Source: Chitinophagaceae bacterium (GTDB taxonomy: Bacteria > Bacteroidota > Bacteroidia > Chitinophagales > Chitinophagaceae). Taken from it: DNA of 64,000 nt. Where the stretch lies: the NCBI GenBank assembly GCA_020437365.1, contig JAGQWM010000004.1, positions 3,568-67,567 on the forward strand, in the 5' to 3' direction. The position numbers were made by a program, and so were the translations under genes. Below the pieces are notes generated by a model. That model was not told the DNA's origin and ran no database searches. It saw nothing but the letters and a program-made list of their open reading frames with translations. Shown here piece by piece: positions 58,412-64,000 of this stretch; position 1 is the stretch's first letter; each line of letters begins with the position of its first letter.

Positions 58412-58867
58412 ATGCAATCGCCTTTTGACCTCAGTAAACCCATCGCCATCGGCAGTGACCATGCAGGATTTGATTACAAAGAAGCGTTGATTTCTTTTTT
58501 GGAAGGCAAAGGACTGTCGTTCGAAGATTTCGGCACTCACAGTAAAGACTCAACTGATTATCCGGATTATGCGCATCCCGTAGCTACAGCCGTAGCTGAA
58601 GGAAAAGCCGCCATGGGTATTTTAATTTGCGGCAGCGCCAATGGTGTGGCTATGACGGCCAATAAACACCAAAGTATCAGGGCGGCAATTTGTTGGGGCG
58701 AAGAACTGGCCCAACTGGCAAGAGAACATAACAATGCAAATATTATTTGCATTCCCGCCAGGTTTGTAACAGAAAGCGACGCAGAAAAAATGGTGGCACA
58801 ATTTATTACAACTAATTTCGAAGGTGGCCGGCATGAAAGAAGAGTTGAAAAAATTGCCTGCGCTTAA
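58412..58867 (+). CDS. rpiB: Ribose-5-phosphate isomerase B
   Basis: IGSDHAGF, DYPDYA, ILICGSANG, AREHNNAN, FEGGRHERRV. Start could also be 58400. Confidence 0.95.
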   Translation: MQSPFDLSKPIAIGSDHAGFDYKEALISFLEGKGLSFEDFGTHSKDSTDYPDYAHPVATAVAEGKAAMGILICGSANGVAMTANKHQSIRAAICWGEELAQLAREHNNANIICIPARFVTESDAEKMVAQFITTNFEGGRHERRVEKIACA

Positions 58868-58954
58868 AAGACAGTTTCCATTTATCAATTTTTTCTTTTT
58901 TGTTTTTCTTTTTCCTTTATTTTTAAGGCTTTCAACAAGAAAAACAATCAATCA

Positions 58955-60493
58955 ATGCTTAAAAAATTAATCTTTTACTTTTTTCTTTTTGTTCCGGTTT
59001 TTTCTATCGCACAAAAAAAAGATAAACAGGCAAAAAAGGCAGCTGCAACCATTACCATCGACGATTTAAAATCACGTCTTGCCATCATTGCCAGTCCCGA
59101 AATGGAAGGAAGAAATACCCCTTCTGCCGGATTGGAAAAAGCAGCCGATTATATTTCATCGCAATTCAAATCTTTTGGCTTATTGCCCGGCAATAACGGT
59201 AGTTACCGACAAACCTATCCTTTGTACCAGGACGAAGTCATCAGTTCTGCAATGCAAGTCAATGAGGAAGCCATGGTAGAACAACAAGATTTTACACCTT
59301 TTTCAAGAAATTATGCCGCCGATATGTATTTTTCGCAAGCAGTTTTTGCCGGCTATGGCATTGTAGATGAAGGCAAGCGAAATGATTATAAAGGGCTCGA
59401 TGTAACCGGCAAACTGGTAGTAATTCTGAATGGTACCCCCGACGATTACACAACTGCCAGCCGGAGCTTTCGTTCACCTTCCAGTGTATATGGAAAAATG
59501 CAAGCTGCCGCTAAAGAAGGAGCCGCTGCATTATTCATTGTTTTTCCAAAACTGTCAAAAGGATTTTCCGGTTTCTCAGATTCATGGACACGGCAAATCT
59601 ATAAATCATCGCAAACTATTTTCAGCTTTTTTATTTCAGAAGATGCCGCTGCAAAAATTATTGGTACCGATGGCAATAGTGTGTTGACGCAACTAAAAAC
59701 CGGTAGCCTGACATCAAAAACCTGCGAAGCTGATATTCATTTGGCTTACAATAAAAAAACAAAAACCTCATCTGCTTCAAACATTATTGGCGTACTCGAA
59801 GGTTCAGATTTAAAAGATGAATATGTTTTTATTACTGCCCATTACGATCATCTTGGCAAAAGAGGAGAAGCCATTTATTATGGTGCCGATGATGATGGCT
59901 CGGGTACCACTGCCGTTTTGGAAATGGCCGAAGCATTTGCCAAAGCCAAAGCCGATGGGCACGGGCCACGCCGGAGTATCGTTTTCATGACAGTAAGCGG
60001 CGAAGAAAAAGGATTGTGGGGCTCAGCTTATTATACAGATCATCCCATTTTTCCATTGGATAAAACAACTGTAGATCTGAATATTGATATGATTGGCAGA
60101 ACTGATTCCAGCCGGCATTATGGCGATTCACTAAACTATGTATATGTGGTAGGCGATGATAAACTCAGTACCGATTTAAAACCCATTAGCGAAAAGATTA
60201 ATCAATTATATACCAAATTGGAATTGGATTATAAATTCAATGACCCGAACGATAAAAATCGCATTTACTTCCGTAGCGATCATTATAATTTTGCCGATAA
60301 AGGTGTTCCCATTATTTTTTATTACGATGGAATGTTAGGAGCCGATTATCATAAACCTACTGATACACCCGATAAAATAAATTATGCTTTGTATCAAAAA
60401 AGAGCCCAGCTCGTTTTTTATACCGCCTGGGAAATGGCTAACAGGGATGAAATGCTAAAAAGAGATTTGAAATTATCTGTTCCGTCTCGCTAA
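58955..60493 (+). CDS. M28 family metallopeptidase with PA domain
   Basis: Signal peptide, MEGRNT, ITAHYDHLG, GADDDGSG, SGEEKGLWGS, NIDMIGR, RSDHYNF, DYHKPTD. Confidence 0.93.
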   Translation: MLKKLIFYFFLFVPVFSIAQKKDKQAKKAAATITIDDLKSRLAIIASPEMEGRNTPSAGLEKAADYISSQFKSFGLLPGNNGSYRQTYPLYQDEVISSAMQVNEEAMVEQQDFTPFSRNYAADMYFSQAVFAGYGIVDEGKRNDYKGLDVTGKLVVILNGTPDDYTTASRSFRSPSSVYGKMQAAAKEGAAALFIVFPKLSKGFSGFSDSWTRQIYKSSQTIFSFFISEDAAAKIIGTDGNSVLTQLKTGSLTSKTCEADIHLAYNKKTKTSSASNIIGVLEGSDLKDEYVFITAHYDHLGKRGEAIYYGADDDGSGTTAVLEMAEAFAKAKADGHGPRRSIVFMTVSGEEKGLWGSAYYTDHPIFPLDKTTVDLNIDMIGRTDSSRHYGDSLNYVYVVGDDKLSTDLKPISEKINQLYTKLELDYKFNDPNDKNRIYFRSDHYNFADKGVPIIFYYDGMLGADYHKPTDTPDKINYALYQKRAQLVFYTAWEMANRDEMLKRDLKLSVPSR

Positions 60494-60515
60494 GTAATTC
60501 TAAAAATTTTGTTAT

Positions 60516-60545
60516 AAAAGCCTTCTTCAAACGGAAGGCTTTTTT
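60516..60545 (+). terminator. Terminator after the M28 peptidase
   Basis: AAAAGCCTTC-N8-GAAGGCTTTT followed by TT. Confidence 0.8.
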
Positions 60546-60641
60546 CTTTTATCTTTTTTCATGCATCGCTTCAGGATGAAATGGCGTTACTAAATAGTGT
60601 AACCGCTTTTCTATGAAATCTGAATCCTGACCTTTCTTCAT

Positions 60642-60674
60642 AAAAAAATTCCCGGCCAGTGGTCGGGAGTTTTC
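60642..60674 (-). terminator. Terminator after the deoxyhypusine-synthase-like gene
   Basis: TTCCCGGCC-AGT-GGTCGGGAG flanked by an A-run and a T-run. Confidence 0.7.
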
Positions 60675-60675
60675 T

Positions 60676-61650
60676 TTACCATCCTAATATCCAGGCAAAA
60701 ATTAATGGAGCGACAATGGTAGCATCACTTTCCACAATAAATTTGGGTGTATCGATATCCAGTTTGCCCCAAGTGATTTTTTCATTGGGAACGGCACCGG
60801 AATACGAACCGAATGAAGTTGTAGAATCGCTGATCTGGCAAAAATATTTCCAGAATGGAACGTCATGCCATTCCAAATCCTGGTACATCATGGGCACTAC
60901 ACAAATAGGAAAATCGCCGGCTATACCGCCACCGATTTGAAAAAATCCAACTCCTTTATCACCGGCATTCTTTTTATACCAATCGGTCAACCACACCATA
61001 TATTCAATTCCACTTTTAACAGTTGATGCCTGTAATTCACCTTTTACCACATAACTGGCAAAAATATTTCCGGTGGTACTGTCTTCCCAGCCCGGTACTA
61101 CAATGGGAATATTCTTTTTTGCTGCCGCTACGACCCAACTGTCTTTTTCATCTATTTCATAATACTGCTCCAATTCGCCACTCAAAATTGTTTTATATAA
61201 AAATTCATGCGGAAAAAATCTTTCACCGTTTTCTTCAGCCAGGTTCCATTGCTTGAGCAAATGTTTTTGTAAACGTCGGAAAGCTTCTTCTTCCGGAATG
61301 CAAGTATCGGTTACCCTGTTATAATGATTTTCCAGTAAATCCCATTCCTGTTGCGGCGTCAAGTCGCGGTATTCCGGTATGCGTTTATAGTGAGAATGGG
61401 CTACAAGGTTCATAATATCTTCTTCTAAATTGGCACCTGTGCAGGAAATGATGTCCACTTTATCTTGTCGAATCATTTCAGCTAATGAGATGCCTAATTC
61501 GCCGGTACTCATGGCGCCGGCAAGGGTAACCATCATTTTGCCGCCTTCGTTTTTCAGTTTTTCATACCCTTTAGCAGCATCAACGAGAGCTGCAGCATTA
61601 AAATGTCTGTAATGATGTTCAATAAATCCGGAAACAGGTCCTTTTTTCAT
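60676..61650 (-). CDS. Deoxyhypusine synthase family protein (probable homospermidine synthase)
   Basis: FNAAAL, TLAGAM, TGANLEED, DSTTG, GGGIAGD, SYSGAVPNEKITWGK with the catalytic-Lys-equivalent motif intact. Confidence 0.9.
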   Translation of the reverse strand: MKKGPVSGFIEHHYRHFNAAALVDAAKGYEKLKNEGGKMMVTLAGAMSTGELGISLAEMIRQDKVDIISCTGANLEEDIMNLVAHSHYKRIPEYRDLTPQQEWDLLENHYNRVTDTCIPEEEAFRRLQKHLLKQWNLAEENGERFFPHEFLYKTILSGELEQYYEIDEKDSWVVAAAKKNIPIVVPGWEDSTTGNIFASYVVKGELQASTVKSGIEYMVWLTDWYKKNAGDKGVGFFQIGGGIAGDFPICVVPMMYQDLEWHDVPFWKYFCQISDSTTSFGSYSGAVPNEKITWGKLDIDTPKFIVESDATIVAPLIFAWILGW

Positions 61651-61759
61651 GTTGGTTCTAATTTTTAGCCGCCTTCATATCACAATACTGTGAGACCCTG
61701 CGGAAGATTTTTGCAAATCGCAAAATATTATTGACACAAAAATACAGGTTTGTATAATA

Positions 61760-61794
61760 AAAATTCCGCTCCGTACATGGCGAAGCGGAATTTT
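61760..61794 (-). terminator. Terminator after the PepSY-like gene
   Basis: 11-bp stem AAAATTCCGCT/AGCGGAATTTT. Confidence 0.75.
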
Positions 61795-61833
61795 ATGTCA
61801 GTAAAATCTTTCGTTGTTGATAGAACAGGTTAT

Positions 61834-62274
61834 TTAGATTTTGCTGATTGTTTGATAAACACGCCATTGGTTACTGCCGCTTGATTGTAAAACCAGTTGC
61901 TTGTCGGCATTTTCCAATGTGATGTAGTATTGAATTGTATTATTTTTTGACACTTCTATCAAATCACTTATCCAGTAATTTTTATAATACTTATTTTTCA
62001 AAGTAGCTTGTAAACTAATGGGCAGGTTTTCCAACCTGATGTGACGAGAAACGCCGAGCAGGTCACCGCCTTCATTATAATAGGCATACACATATTTATC
62101 ATTGTAAAAAAATGTTGCCATGTAATAATTTTGTGCCACCGTCCAGTTTACATCCTTGGCGGTAGTAAACTCCGTTTTAAAGGCATTCAATACTTGTTGG
62201 TTTACATTTTCTTCCCCGGCAAAAGCATTCACTGTGCTTATCGTAATGGCCAGCATAATAATCATCTTCTTCAT
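61834..62274 (-). CDS. Secreted PepSY-like (beta-lactamase-inhibitor-like) domain protein
   Basis: Signal peptide; VLNAFKTEF..AKDVNW...Y.A.F...AYYN..G.LLG...LP..LQ..LK.KY...WI repeats. Confidence 0.75.
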   Translation of the reverse strand: MKKMIIMLAITISTVNAFAGEENVNQQVLNAFKTEFTTAKDVNWTVAQNYYMATFFYNDKYVYAYYNEGGDLLGVSRHIRLENLPISLQATLKNKYYKNYWISDLIEVSKNNTIQYYITLENADKQLVLQSSGSNQWRVYQTISKI

Positions 62275-62357
62275 TGTCTAAAATTTTAATGATGTTGGTT
62301 TAACGGTTCAAAACTACTATCTGTTACACCTTGCTTCAAGCCAAATATGACCATTGG

Positions 62358-62380
62358 TAAGGAGTGTTAAGGAGTCTTAA
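62358..62380. promoter_or_regulatory. Tandem 10-bp direct repeats, candidate response-regulator binding site
   Basis: TAAGGAGTGT-TAAGGAGTCT-TAA. Confidence 0.5.
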
Positions 62381-62432
62381 CAGATAGTATTAAATGGGCC
62401 GATGTAAAAATAAATTTGGTAGATACAGAAAG

Positions 62433-62454
62433 TATTTAGATATTTGTCTAATTA
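62433..62454. promoter_or_regulatory. Palindromic operator candidate upstream of the ArsR/SdpR repressor
   Basis: TAT-TTAGA-TATTTG-TCTAA-TTA. Confidence 0.55.
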
Positions 62455-62473
62455 TATAATTGTACAAATAAAG

Positions 62474-62737
62474 ATGAATTTAGTTTTCAAAGCCTTAAAC
62501 GATCCGACCCGCAGGGAAATATTGGAATTGCTTCAAAAAAAAGACATGACAGCCGGTGAAATCGCCGAGCAATTTGATATTTCGTTTCCCAGCATTTCGC
62601 ATCACCTGGATTTGCTGCGGCAGGCCAAACTGGTATTGAGTGAAAAAGAAGGACAATTTGTGTATTACTCCTTAAACACTACGGTTGTAGATGATATATT
62701 AAAATGGTTGATTCAATTCAAAACGAAAAAAAAATAA
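62474..62737 (+). CDS. ArsR/SdpR-family autorepressor
   Basis: VFKALNDPTRREILELL, MTAGEIA, SISHHLDLL, EKEGQFVYYSLNTTV. Confidence 0.92.
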   Translation: MNLVFKALNDPTRREILELLQKKDMTAGEIAEQFDISFPSISHHLDLLRQAKLVLSEKEGQFVYYSLNTTVVDDILKWLIQFKTKKK

Positions 62738-62738
62738 T

Positions 62739-63401
62739 ATGAATAAAGTATTCAATAAACTTATTGGTTTGGTCATCATTATTCCCGGTATTTACCTCGC
62801 AATTGTTTGGCCCCATATTGCCGATGCCATTCCCATTCATTTCAATATAGAAGGTCAGCCTGACAAAATGGGCAATAAGAATGATTTATTGCTTTTGGTT
62901 ATCATACTTTCCGTATTCAGCCTCTTGCTATTTTTATTATTAAAAAACATTTACAAACTGGATCCTAAAAAAAATGCAGCGGCTAATAAAGATCGCCTCA
63001 TAAAAATTGGATTTGCCGTAGCAGTTTTTATTATGTGTATCAATTGTTTTTTCATTTACAATGCCAAAGCCGGTACCAATAGTTTTAAAGTAGGCATTCT
63101 ATTAAGTGTTGTCGGATTGTTTTTTGCCATTCTTGGTAATTATATGCCAAACCTAAAACCTAATTATTTTGCCGGTTTTCGTTTGCCATGGACACTCGAA
63201 AATCCGGAGAATTGGAAAAAAACACATGCCCTTGCCGGTAAACTCTGGGTTGGAGGCGGTATGTTCCTGGCCATTATTTGCCTGTTCATTCCATCCGTAA
63301 TAGCCATTATCGTATTTTTTACAGTACTGATCATTATTACTATCATTCCTTGTTATTATTCATATAAGATGTTTCGCAAGAAAAAAACTGTCAATTCATA
63401 A
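62739..63401 (+). CDS. SdpI-family membrane protein (DUF1648 + SdpI)
   Basis: IPIHFNIEGQPD, GNYMP.LKPNYFAGFRLPWTL...NWKKTH..AGKLW. Confidence 0.92.
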   Translation: MNKVFNKLIGLVIIIPGIYLAIVWPHIADAIPIHFNIEGQPDKMGNKNDLLLLVIILSVFSLLLFLLLKNIYKLDPKKNAAANKDRLIKIGFAVAVFIMCINCFFIYNAKAGTNSFKVGILLSVVGLFFAILGNYMPNLKPNYFAGFRLPWTLENPENWKKTHALAGKLWVGGGMFLAIICLFIPSVIAIIVFFTVLIIITIIPCYYSYKMFRKKKTVNS

Positions 63402-63427
63402 ATCAAAATCATCTCAAAAAATAAATT

Positions 63428-64000
63428 ATCAATTACTTAGCCCACGCATATTTATCATTTCATCGTCCCGAAATCCTAGTGGGCAACATGATTAGTGATT
63501 TTGTAAAAGGCAAAAAGAAAAATACCTACCCTGTTAATATACAGCGGGGAATTTTATTGCATCGCCTGATAGACCGGTTTACAGATATACACGAAGCTAC
63601 AAAAGAGGCCAAACTGATTTTTCAACCCAAATACAGATTGTACAGTGGTGCTTTTGTAGATGTTGTGTATGATTATTACCTGGCCAATGATGCCAGCTAT
63701 TTTACCGAAAATTCTCTTTTTCAATTTTCGCAAGAAGTATATCAATCTATCGATACCTACGAAAAATGGCTGGAGCCAAAATTTGCTTCCTTCTATCCAT
63801 ATATGAAAAAACAAAATTGGCTGTATGCTTACCGAACGCCTGTTGGGATTCAAAAAAGTATGGCAGGTCTGGCTCGCCGTGCAAAATATATAGATGACAG
63901 CCAGCCTGCTTTTCAACTATTTGAAAAAAATAATCAACTATTAGAGGATTGTTCTCGTCATTTCCTCGCTGACGTAGTACCTTTTGCTTTTAAAAAACTG
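63428..64000 (+). CDS. acpH: ACP phosphodiesterase (AcpH family); runs off the right edge, apparent ATC start
   Basis: Not in the ORF track. Translation (I)NYLAHAYLSFHRPEILVGNMISDFVKG...GILLHRLIDRFTD.H...YSGAFVDVVYDYYLAN is open to the window end; in-frame TAA at 63422-63424. Confidence 0.9.
   Translation, partial: MNYLAHAYLSFHRPEILVGNMISDFVKGKKKNTYPVNIQRGILLHRLIDRFTDIHEATKEAKLIFQPKYRLYSGAFVDVVYDYYLANDASYFTENSLFQFSQEVYQSIDTYEKWLEPKFASFYPYMKKQNWLYAYRTPVGIQKSMAGLARRAKYIDDSQPAFQLFEKNNQLLEDCSRHFLADVVPFAFKKL

Noticed and set aside
1-64000. CRISPR arrays, rRNA/tRNA genes, transposases, integrases, prophage or known defence genes
   Set aside because: No regularly spaced repeats, tRNA T-loop signatures or relevant protein motifs detected by inspection; a tRNAscan/Rfam run would be the definitive check

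Overview
64 kb of chromosome from a Bacteroidota bacterium, most likely Chitinophagales. The assignment rests on gldH/gldC gliding genes, a SusC/SusD pair, a T9SS cargo, TAnnTTTG -7 promoters and the nadK-DUF6089-uppS-bamA-ompH-ompH-murI block. Most of the window is housekeeping: mutL, dacB, pheS, lpxD-like, yicC, a two-component pair, psd, cdsA, dusB, tadA, sod, rpmH-rnpA-yidD, murA, gmk, tatC, rpiB, a deoxyhypusine-synthase-like gene and sdpR/sdpI-like genes. Three CDSs are missing from the supplied ORF track: a GH3 gene running off the left edge, rpmH, and an acpH-like gene running off the right edge that appears to start at ATC. I saw no rRNA, tRNA, CRISPR array, transposase, integrase or prophage. 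Best leads: (i) two different miniature palindromes (15 and 21 nt, both multiples of 3) apparently inserted in-frame in mutL and pheS; (ii) a 1063-aa secreted protein of unknown function with Ig-like domains, a probable disulfide-clamped coiled-coil hairpin with an aromatic/Gly tip, and a hydrophobic C-terminal domain; (iii) a structured rpmH leader plus a terminator between rpmH and rnpA; (iv) an orphan promoter/terminator pair with a DnaA box between lpxD and yicC; (v) the non-canonical acpH start. Family assignments come from motif recognition and memory, not database searches.
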